This document shows positions 38,501 to 50,095 of a stretch of DNA of 64,000 nucleotides, piece by piece. Origin of the DNA: Azolla caroliniana (Eukaryota; Plantae; Polypodiophyta); NCBI GenBank assembly GCA_043228905.1, contig JBHGNT010000016.1:9362001-9426000 (forward strand). The letters run 5' to 3'. Each line of letters opens with the position of its first letter. Position 1 is the first letter of the stretch. The notes under the pieces were generated by a model. It was not told the DNA's origin. It worked only from the letters and a program-made list of their open reading frames with translations, and ran no database searches. The position numbers and the translations under genes were made by a program.

Positions 38501-40149
38501 TCGCCATCCGATCCACCATATTCTTTGTTCTCTCTTCGCATTGCCATGACCGGTTGTCATGGCTCCTTGTGATCCTCTTGAGCATAACCCTTCTTGTCTT
38601 GCACATGGGCCATGCTTCCCACTTCGTTCACCTTTGTCATATAATCTCGCATTAGAGTTGATAATTTTCATGTTAGACCTCACCGTCTTTGTTAAGATCT
38701 CATCCTTGGTAACACTCTTCAAATCCACTTGGCCCGCTTGGTCCTTGCTGTCCGTGGTAGTGCCTTTGCTTGGCCTCTTCCTTATCTTTAGAAACCTTGA
38801 CTTTTTTCCGGATCGGTCTCGCCCGATCATTTTTCGGTTGAATCGGCTTCCATTCTGATTCATATTCACCTGAACTTGACTCAGTTGATCTGTTTTCACC
38901 GATTCGGTCCCCTTCCGGGTCAGTTTCGACCGATCGGTTTCCATCCGAATTTGCTTTCTTTTCTTTGTTTTGACCGGTCTCGACCGGTTTGACTTTCGAC
39001 ACTTCTTTCCGGATTGGTCTCGTCCAATCGGCTTCCGGTTGGAATGATTTCTATCTGTGTCGAACTCTACGAATCGGATTTTGTCCGACTCCAGTTCCGC
39101 TTGCTTCAGCTTTCGTTTAGACCGGAATTCCTGTCGGATCATCTTCCGTCTGAACCCACTTCTGGCTTTACATTCTTTGCTCCCACCTCCCGTGTCTCCA
39201 GTCTCACGTTGGTTCTTGGACACAACCGCCGAAGTCTCTAGAATTAGTGGGCAGGAATCCTTTGTATTATTGTCCTCAATTGTTTCACCCATAGCCACCT
39301 TCTCGACTATCTCTCCGTCGTATACATCGACTTCGACCTTCGTTTTCTCTCCGCGACCTTCCGTCTCTTCAGTCTCACGTTGCCTTTCGAACACAACCGC
39401 CGAAGTCTCTGGAATCAGTGGTGAGAAAGTTTCGATACGGTCATACGCCATCAGTTCGTCCATAGCCAACTCCAATTTGATGTCATCGTTCGTGGCGACC
39501 TCCTCAATCAAGTCTTGCATACACTCTTTATATCCATCAATTGTGCAAGCATCGATTATGCTTACCTCTTTCTCATCCGATGTCTCGAACACTCATATCC
39601 CGAAATCTTCTTCTACACTTGAAGTGGTGTTCGCCACTCTTAGCTTATCGGCCTTATCCTTGGTTGTCATTCTTTCACAAGACAAGAGGGTTGTTATTCG
39701 GTCGACAATTGCTATTTCACCGACACAGTATAAGACGAACGTTCGAGTCAAACGTTCTATCCAGAAGTTGTGGTTAGATGGATAGATACGAATTAGCTGT
39801 AAACTTATCGGAGATAACAGACACTGAGATTGTGACTTATGTAATATAGCTTAAATAGAAATAACGGATGACAAGAAGTAATTCGTACACAGATATTTCC
39901 TAACTTTCTATTACTAAATACAACGTAGATTTTTACAATGCCTTCGGTTCCTTTTATAGGTAACCCGAAGTTCTTTTCTCATCAAGAGATCCTACTGTTT
40001 ATACTTAACAAGAATTACAAAATTCCATAACTAACTATGTCCTATTCAGCTATTTGCTGAGTCATCAATCCGAACTGTCGATCCGACTCCGACTCCGACT
40101 CCAAACATCTTTCCTATACCGAAACATTCATACTTGTCCGGGTAACAGT

Positions 40150-40166
40150 TGGCACGTCCGTGGGCC
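40150..40166 (+). other. Inverted PBS at the PPT position of C
   Basis: ...GGTAACA-GT-TGGCACGTCCGTGGGCC. Confidence 0.8.
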
Positions 40167-40206
40167 AGGACGTTGTCCGGCGAACCACAGGACCCCTTTA
40201 CTCCTG

Positions 40207-43200
40207 CTACTCTGAGGAAAGATCTTCCTCCATCTCCAAATCCTCGTCTGCGTCGTCCTGCAAAATGTCAAATAATGAGGGTTCTGCCTCTTGTGTTGCC
40301 AATGATGCGTTCCTCATCTTCTTCCTCAGCTTCAGTATCCTCCCCGTTGTTGTTTTCCTGTCGGGTTCCTTCCATCGATGGGCTTGGCTCCACTTCTGTT
40401 CCTGCTTCCAGTGCCCCGAGTCCAAGTGTTTTGGTAATTCTTTCGGCTTCGATATTGTCTAACTCGACGGATGTCTTGACATCATGCTTCTCGAATTCCT
40501 GCATGATTTTGTTGATTTCTTCTTTAAAATAAGCCGCCATATCGTATAGGTCCTTAGCAATATCCTCCTGAACTGTGGTCATTGCTTCTTCCGACATCTT
40601 GAGGAAGCCCTTGCCCTTCACCTTCCTATTTTCTCTATCGGCTCTTAATAGCTGAAGTTCCGCGGCTTGTGCCGACCATGTTTGCCAACCCTTCTCCATC
40701 GATTCATTGACCAATTTTAGGGTGTTAATTCGGTGACGTCTAATGATCACTTGAACCCTGTCCTGAGTCATTCTATCCTCAAACTGTGTTGTTGCCAATG
40801 TTTTCCGTAAATCAATGATTACCGCATTGGTCTATCCTTCTGCCTGCATTAGCTTAGCTTGGGCCACTAAGAGGTCAAATCGTCGTTTTTCGGAGACTGC
40901 TTGAATTTCTGCACATCGGTTTTCTAGCTTCGCTTTTTCTTCATTCCAGTTGTTCTACTAATGAATAATTTTTTCGTTGATTCCGTCTATCAATTTGTCT
41001 TTATCCGTAAATTTTGTTGCAAAACAAGTCTCTTGGCTCTTGACATATTCTTCCAATTCCTCGACCTGTTGCTGGGTATTCTCTTGTTGTTGGGTTAATT
41101 GTTGGCGTAAATCTTGTATTACATTATCCTTTTCCCCTAAACATCTGTCGGTCGTCGTTTTTGCCGACTGTAATTGAATCTCTATTTCCCTAAACCAATC
41201 CTTCGTCTTTCCCGCCTTAATTTCCGCCCCCCTTCATGCTTGTTCGGCTTGGTACAACCTCTTTTGTAACTCCGAATCCGTCTCCAAAGGTTGCCTTTCT
41301 GGCTCTGGCTGGACTATTTATTCTCTCACTTTTTCTAGAGCCCCTTGTTCTTCTTGCAGTTTATTCTTCAATTGTTGATTTTCTGCCTGCATTTGTTTGT
41401 AATGTGCATTAAGCACCTCTGCAACTGTTGTAGCCTGTTTGTATAATTCGACCATATCCCTGGTTGCTCTGCCAGCCTTTTCATATTCACGGTGTACTTC
41501 CACTAGTGCCTCGTGTAATGGTGGTATTTGAATGACTTCACCTCTATTTTTAGCATGTCGTTGTCGACCAATTCTATCCACTTCCGCTTGCTCATTTGGT
41601 TCGATAGCTCCACATAATGATCTCTGTGCTCTTGCGCCATTCTTGCAGTCTTTTAGCTAACCATTCTACTAGTTCATATGATGTTCCGAACTGTAGAATG
41701 GCAGCTAGTTCATGTGCTGCTGCCAGAATGTCGAAAAAACCGAGTGCCTCTTGTACCGTTGTCGTTGATGCCTGCCCTTTTTGAACTCGTGACGTGTCAT
41801 CTGGATTGACACGAGGTATTTGCGTGCTTTTGGCGGTTTGGTCGTTAGTTCTCTTTTTCTTCTGCACAGGTTGTTCTTGCTCCGGTCTACAGTATCTTTG
41901 AGACAGTTGTTTCACCCTTCGTTGTTTCGGCAGTTGCTGCTCCATGCCAACTTGTTGCGATTGCTATTGCTGTGACGATTGCTCGTCTGTCATCCCTCGT
42001 TGTTGCATCGTCTGCAGTGGAGACTCCGGCGGTGGATGTCATCTTTCGTGGCGACCTCCTCAATCAAGTCTTGCTTGCACTCTTTATATCCATCAATTGT
42101 GCAAGCATCGATTATGCTTACCTCTTTCTCATCCGATGTCTCGAACACTCGTATCCCGAAATCTTCTTCTACACTTGAAGTGGTGTTCGCCACTCTTAGC
42201 TTATCGGCCTTATCCTTGGTCATCATTCTTTCACAAGACAAGAGGGTTGTTATTCGGTCAACAATTATTATTTCGCCGACACAATATAAGACGAACGTTC
42301 GAGTCAAACGTTCTATCCAGAAGTTGTGGTTAGATGGATAGATACGAATTGGCTATAAACTTATCGGAGATAACAGACACCGAGATTGTGACTTATGTAA
42401 TATAGCTTAAATAGAAATAACGGATGACAAGAAGTAATTCGTACACAGATATTTCCTAACTTTCTATTACTAAATACAACGGAGTCGGTGATTGCTGGGT
42501 AGGTTCGGGTTGTGGTATCGACTGTTGAGACTACGTCGATTGTTGTTATTCCGATTCATGTTGGTGCCTTGGTCCCGGTTGGTCAGACTCGGTCCGAGTC
42601 ATATCGTCTTGCGTTGATTCTTCTTCCCTCCACTCTTCCCTTTGGACTTGTTGTCGGGCTCGGGATGACTGTACCTGAGGTGGCCGACGCACCTTTGATC
42701 AGTTTTCCGTCTCTACATTCGGAAATAATACCGATAACCAACGAGCAAAATTTGGCTTCATTGGTTTCCCTCTCCGAACTCCATTTAGTTGCTCTCTCAT
42801 AGCATTTGCCGATAGAAGCCCCCAATCGAAAGCTTCGCCTTCATAAGCGGCGATAATAAATCCGGCCCTCTTTTTGGGCATACAGTAAAATCTAGGACTA
42901 ACAAACCCTACTAATAAAAAAATTCCAACTTCATGGAAAAAGACATCCCTACCTCCCTATGTTTGATACACTTTGGCAAAGGGAGAATATTCACCAAAAT
43001 AGGACCGCAAAACATCCTCTGTGACTTTGTTGAAAGCGTCGAACCCGCCTCTTGGCATCTCCAACACGGTCCGTACCTTCTTATTCGTGACCATTGAGAC
43101 ATCGATTTTTGCCAACAAAGCTTCCGCGTTCGGGTGCAGCTCTGTTTCTGCGACTTTCAAAAATCCCTGTAACTTATTGCGAACGAGCCAGCGGCGCAAG

Positions 43201-43385
43201 TTGGCAGATACAACAATCGGCATGTTGTCGTCGTCAATGAACAAATCTTCACTCAGTGAGGGCTGTGAGAACTGTTGTGGGCTATGGCGAGAAAAATCAG
43301 AAAACCTATTAGCTCGAATGCGTTTCTGTTTCTGCGGTGACACAGTCATTACAGAAATAGGTTTTAAGAGATGAATCTTTTGCAT
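40207..43385 (-). pseudogene. Extra 3' ORF of Gypsy C (disrupted)
   Basis: Same blocks as B: LRRWL, YFGEYSP, PKKRAGFIIA.YEGE.FDWG, LQFGTSYELVEWL, GWQTWSAQAAEL. Confidence 0.88.
41970..42480. repeat. Inserted duplicate of the D/C junction region (~39480-39923)
   Basis: Near-identical copy including GACAAGAGGGT|TGTTATTCGG at ~42237-42257. Confidence 0.88.
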
Positions 43386-43614
43386 GATGCCTAGGGAATA
43401 AAAGTACTATTAATGTTATGATGACTAGGCGTACTAGTGGAGTGATGGCTAGAAATAGTAATAAAGACTAATAGAAATACGCCTCCACCTTTTTTACTTA
43501 TAGTCTTTTGAAATTACACCAAGACTCTCTTCGTGAAAGTTAGTTATGATTTGGCAAGAAAATATTCCATAGCTAGTTTTTTATTTTATTTTATTTTATT
43601 TTTATTTTTATTTT

Positions 43615-46600
43615 TTACTTTTCTTCCTGTTTATCCGTGAATGGGTTTTTTGGCATATGCCCACGACATGGTTTAAGCCGGAAACCATTGACCCATTTCG
43701 GTAAAATATCACCTGATAGGGTTCCGAGTTGATACGTACCATTTTTACCATTCACGATCCAAATTGGTCCTGTCCATCTATACCGAAGTTTTCCTAGCAT
43801 CGCCCCCATCTTAGTTTGGAAAACCAGTACCGGTTTTCCGATTCCGAATTGCGATTCGGTTTTCTGTCGGTGTCGATTTACAAATGCCTTGGTTTGCCTT
43901 TGTTTGTGCTCTAAAGTTGTCATCTCTTGTAGCCGGTCTTCTTCTAACAGTAATAAAGATTCCTTCCGAATTTGCTCCGACTGCAGTTCATTTAATTTTT
44001 CCGTTGCTTGGATTCGGAGTGTCGGAATCTGGAATTCGATTGGCATCACTGCTTCCAATCCAAAATCCATTCGGAAGGGTGTTGATTTGATAGATGTTTT
44101 GTACGACGTGCGATATGCCCATAAAGCACTCTGCAATTTTTGATCCCAGTCTGTACGATTCTCATTTACTATCTTTTTGAGTATCGTCTGGAGGGTTTTG
44201 TTTGTCAACTCCACCAATCCATTCGCTTGTGGATAGTAAGGGGTGCTTTTCTTATGAACCACTGCATAGTAGGTAGACAATTCATGAACAAGTTTGTTTA
44301 TGAAATGCGTACCTTGATCGCTCACCAATTCTATTGGGCAGCCGAATCGACACCATATACTTTTGTACAAAAATTTTGTTGTTGAAGCTGCCGTATTATC
44401 CCTAAGAGCTTTAGCTTCTACCCACTTTGTACAATAGTGAGTAGCCACTATAATATATCTATTGCATGTTCTTATTGCTGCCGGTTTGAAAGGGCCTACA
44501 AAATCCAACCCCCATTTCTGGAAAGGTTCAAGAGGTAATACCGGTTGAAACAACATTCGGTCCCTTTCTGTCGGTTGTCCCATACGCTGGCATAAATCAC
44601 ATTTCCGACAATATTCGACCGTATCCTTCATCACTGTAGGCCACCATAACCCACTGTTCCATATTTATCTTGCTGTGGTTTCCCCAACATAGTGACCTCC
44701 TGCAATTCCATAGTGTGATTCCCGAAGGATGACCGATTTTTCGAATTGTCGTACTGTTCGTCTCCAAATACCATCTGCTCCTTTATGATACAGAGTATCG
44801 TTCAAAAGACAAAAAATATGACTTCTTACTGCCAGCCTTTTTCTTTCGTTTGTCGATATATGTTCCGGTGGCAACCCCGTTGTAAGAAAGATTGTCATTT
44901 CTGAAATCCAACCATCCTCACTTTCTTCATTTACACATTGTGCATTTACAACTTCCACTCGAAAAAGCTAACCATTCGGAAAATCATCCTTGACTCCTGT
45001 GCCTTCTTCTCCTGTCTCCAATCAACTGAGATAATCGGCCACTGCATGCTGCACTCCTGGCCAATGTAAAATGTCGAATTTGAATTCTTGGAGCAGAAGA
45101 GTCCACCTTGCTAACTTGCCAGTTAACTCTTGTTTCGAGACCAAATAAAGCAGAGCCGAATGATGAACATGAAATGTAAACTTTTTCCCCAAAAGATAGT
45201 GTCTGAATTTATTGACACTATAGATCATTCCTAACACTTCCCTCTCAATGGTAGAGTAATTCCTTTCTGTTGTCGAAAGTTTCCGACTGGCATAGTAAAC
45301 TGGCCTGTACCAATTCGGTTCGGTTAACTACATTGATACACTTCCGATTGTGATGTCCGATGCGTCGACAAAAACATGGAATGCCTTATTCCAATAAGGT
45401 GGTTGAACGACTAGAACTTTGGACAACATTTTCCTCAGGCAATCATAGGCGTCATGTTCGACACTTGTCCACTGAAAAGGAACTTTGTGTACTGTTGTAT
45501 GTAAGGGAATGGCGATATCCGCAAGATATCTTATCATTCGGCTGTGCCACTGAATCTGCCCCAAAAACCGACTAAGGGCTTTAGAATTTGTGGGTGTCGA
45601 TGCTTCGAGTATGGCTTTAACCTTGTCGAAGTCCACTACAATTCCTTCCTGACTGACAATATGGCCTAATAATGTGCTACTACTGACCCCGAATGCACAT
45701 TTAGCCGGATTTAAACTAAGTCGTCCTTCCCGACATTTCTCCATACATAGTCGTAAATGCTCAAAATGTTCGGTTTGCAGACTATAAACAGCAAAATCAT
45801 CCAAAAATACATGCATAAAGGCAGGAATGTAATTCCCAAATATTTCCTATATTACTCTTTGAAATGTTGCCGGAGCGGTCTTCAAGCCAAACATCATTAC
45901 TACTGCAACAAACACTCCCCATTCTGTAACAAAAGATGTCTTTTCTTGATCTTCCGGATTCATCCGAACCTGATTATAACCACTAAAACCATCTAGGAAA
46001 CTATATACTTCATGGCCAGCTACCGCATCTAATATACTATCCGTAAATGGTAATGGAAACGCGTCTGTAATGGTAGCCACATTTAATTTTCGGTAGTCAA
46101 CACATACTCGAATTTTTCCATTCGTTTTCGGAACTACCACTATTGGACTTAACCATGTCGATTTTTTCGCCGGACGAATAAACCCTACTTTCAAAAGCTT
46201 ATCTATTTCTTCTTTAACTTTGATAGCATAATTAGGATTTAATCGGTACCTGTGTTGTTGAACCGGCTTTGCATCCTTATGAAGGTTAATTTGATGTTGA
46301 CAGAAAGCTGGATCTAGTCCCTTCATATCTTCAAAAGACCAGGCAAAGACATCCTTATATTGCTTTAATAATGTGGTTAACCTTTGTTTGTCCGCTTCTA
46401 TCATTTCTTTAGCAATGAGTACTGGTTTCAACTCATTGTCCCCATTTCCTTCTGCCAAATTTATTTCCTCCAATGCTGAAGCTTTAACTCGTTGGGACAC
46501 TTTCATCTCTCTATCGATAGCTTCTTACTGGAGTCGTATTTCCTTCATTGCTTGCTCATCTATTGACAATTCCTCCTGGGAATCCACATAAGGCGTCAAG

Positions 46601-48930
46601 GCTTGTACAATATCAACTTCGAATAAAGGAATGATTTTTGGATTATCATCAAAATACTTATTTTCTTCGACCTCGTCTAATCCCTCCATCATATTGACAG
46701 ACTCTGCATATACAGGCAAACACTGTTTGCTTGTTGCCACCTTGTTCTGTGTCGAAACCCGAATTTTCGTTTTGCCTTTCCGAAATGATAATTGATTCTG
46801 ATTCCAATTTTGCTTGATGTTAGCAGTTTTTCACCACGGAGGTCCTAATAACAAAGGATATGCACCAGGAGCCTCTAAATGAAGAATAACTGCTGATATC
46901 AGAAAACTATGACCACCCAATACTACCTCTAACTGGCGGAGTAACCCAATTGGTCGTACTGGAGTGGTATCCGCCATTCTAAGCCAAAATGGGCAAGCTT
47001 CCCATTTAGTAATTCCTAACCTATCAGAGGTGGTTTTATTGATGACATTAACTCCTGAGCCACCATCAATAATCGTATTTTCGATTTCTTGACCCTGAAT
47101 TATTACCTTAATTGATGGATTTTGTTCATCCATGATTGAAGGACTGTTGCTCGACTGACTATAATTTACCGATACTTGTTTTGACCCCTTTTGAGCAATT
47201 AATGTTGCTACTTTTTCGGTAAATCTAGGGACCAACTTAAGTAATTTGGTCAGTGGTAATGACACTTGGCAATTTGCCAAGAGTTTCCAAGCTTCCTCTT
47301 GTTCTTGTACACGAATTACTTTTGGTAATTCGTTAACTTGATTAACTTCATTGTCTTGGAGCATCCGGTTTACATTATTTCTGTTTGCTTCCTCTACCCA
47401 ATCCTTGGCTGCTTTCCGAACTGCTTCCTCAATCTTCCACTCCGATTGTTTACTTTTGCTCCTAGTGGTTACTTGCTGTAACTCCGGTATAACCATGTTA
47501 ACCGCCGGTCCTTTCCCTTTCGCAGGACACTGATTAGCATAATAACCAGTTGGACGGAAAATATAACAAGTAGGAACAAATGTTCCACTGCCCTCGCCTT
47601 GCTCAAACTGACTAATCCCATCATTTTGCATAAACTATTGACCATCATTTGGTAATTGCTGAAACTGTCGTGAGGCTTTTGGTTTGTAGAATTTTTTATT
47701 TTTATACCAGTTCTACTTAAATTGTCCTCCATTTTGTTGTTGATGATTCATATTCGGTTGTACCGAGAATTCTTGATTTTGTTGAAAATTATTTTGTTGA
47801 AAATCTTGATTGTGCTGAAAATTACTTTGTTGGAAAGACTGATTATTTTGTTGAGAACTTGGATTCTTCTGGAATTTATTTTGCTGAAAAGCTTGATTGT
47901 TTTGAAAATTATTTTGTTGAGCTTGTGGAAAACTAGTTTGTTGGTAACCATTATTGAACGAATTATGTTTATTGTGGTACCTATTTTCCGGAAAAATTTG
48001 GCTTACTGAAGTCGTCGTTTTATTAAGCAAGTTATACTCACATTGCTCGACCGAATGAAGTTTAGAATGACATATTGTGCAATGTGTCCGCAGACTACAC
48101 TCGATCGTCGAATGACCGGTATTTAAACTAGTACACTGAACTGCTTGTCGAAATTGTAACTCCTCCATTGTTGGCAATGTATGATTTAATGCTGACATAT
48201 CCATACTTCGTACATTGGCTATCGGCCCATAGCGATTGCCTTATCAATCACTTGCTCGATATTCTGATTCCGGAAATCGAACACCTTCAGTGTTGTTCGT
48301 AATGGTTCCCGAATTGCCTCAAGGAATACATCCTTCAATTCATCGTCCGGAATAGGCCTGGAAATTTGCAGTTGTAAATTATGAAAACGGATCACGAATT
48401 GAGACACCGTTTCCTACTGCTCTTGATATAACGTATAAAATTGCACTATCAAGTCTTTCTGAGGTATTTGACGATGAAATAATTGCAAAAATTTGCTATT
48501 CAATTGTTCTAATGTTTCGGACCCACTGAGACCATTTTGCACGAACCAATTAGTGGAATAACTCTCTAATGACAAAACGAACTCAGCAATCTTCGACTTA
48601 TCTTCAGCGATCGCCGACAGTCTCTGAGCTCCATGGTTAATCTCCCATGTTGTCAAAAAGTTTCGCACATGCGCTTCTGCATCCGCTCCCTCACGGAACT
48701 TTGAGTATGGATAAGGCATATTGTCCTCACTCCAAATATCGTAAAATGATACCTCTTTTGGCTGATTTTCGTCGAAAGACTAACTATCAGTTAAATCAGG
48801 AAGTACCGACCACCTTCTACTTGTTTCCTGCTGTAAGCCCTCAGCCGATTCTGTCTCTATTGTCTTCGTAACAGAACTCGTATGAGGACGTTTACAACCG
48901 ACTTGTCTATTCGGACCAGATGACATCCAT
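43615..48930 (-). pseudogene. gag-pol of Gypsy C
   Basis: gag, IIDGGSGVN, VCVDYRKLN, FLDDF, RNase H, 339-aa integrase ORF; no chromodomain seen. Confidence 0.93.
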
Positions 48931-49740
48931 TCGTCTTGTTCTCTGCTATGTGCAGATGTAACTGGGCGTGCCAAAATTACACTGTGTTATTCGGTGGACA
49001 ATTGCTATTTCGCCGATATAGTATAAGACGAACGTTCGAGTCGAATGTTCTATCTAGAAGTTGTGGTTAGACGGATAGATACGAATTAGCTGTAAACTTA
49101 TTGGTGATAACAGACACTGAGATCGTGACTTATGTAATATAGCTTAAATAGAAATAACGGATGACAAGAAGTAATTCGTACACAGATATTTCCTAACAAC
49201 TTTCTATTACTAAATACAACGATACATTTTTGCAATGCCTTTGGTTCCTTATATAGGTAACCCGAAGGTCTTTTCTCATCAAGAAATCCTACTGTTTATA
49301 CTTAACAAGAATTACAAAATTCCATAACTAACTATGTTCTATTCGGATATTTGCTGAGTCATCGATCCGAACTGTCGATCTGATTCCGACTCCGAACATC
49401 TTTCCTATACCAACACATTCATACTTGTCCGGGTAACAAGGGTGTCTTGTTCCACACTCTCTCCCGTGGTCCCATCATATTGTATTTGGGCCTTCATATC
49501 GGCTACATCATTTTTCCTCAATCTACCATCCCGCATGGGCCATGTTGTTGTTGACAATATTCTCGTCTTCCTCTCATCATGTCTCCTGCATACCCTTTTA
49601 ACTTCGGCCCAATCCTCGGTAAGACCATTCGCATCGTCATCGTCTTTGAGTTCGATCCCAATGTCCATCCTTTCTTTTTGATTGATTGATCTTACGGCCA
49701 TTAGGACTTTATCCACCCCCACCAATCTTTGTTCCCGCTC

Positions 49741-50095
49741 CAAGAGTTGAGCAAAATGATACTCAAACTCTAAGAATGCTACTGTCGTAGTTCGGTGAGT
49801 CTTTGTTGATGCCACCCACTGGTCAAACTCACGTCGATCTCGTCCCATCGATCTCTCGTAGTCATACTTCTCCAACAGTGCTTTTTCAAAGGACACCCAC
49901 GCTGTGTTCTGTTGTCTTCCAAGAGTTGAGCAAAATGATACTCAAACTGTAAGAGTGCTAGTGTTGCAGTTCGGTGAGTCTTTGTTGATGCACCCACTGG
50001 TCAAACTCACATCGATCTTGTCCCATCGATCTCTCGTAGTCATACTTCTCCAACAGTGCTTTCTCAAAGGACACCCACGCTGTGTTCTGTTGTCG
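49741..50095. repeat. ~179-bp tandem duplication in the gag of D
   Basis: CAAGAGTTGAGCAAAATGATACTCAAAC at 49741 and 49920. Confidence 0.85.

Larger units (their letters stand above)
39692..49438 (-). mobile_element. Gypsy element C (relative of B), both LTRs present
   Basis: TSD AGGGT (39687-39691, 49439-49443); LTRs 39692-40147 and 48985-49438; PBS TGGCACGCCCAGT 48961-48973. Confidence 0.95.
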
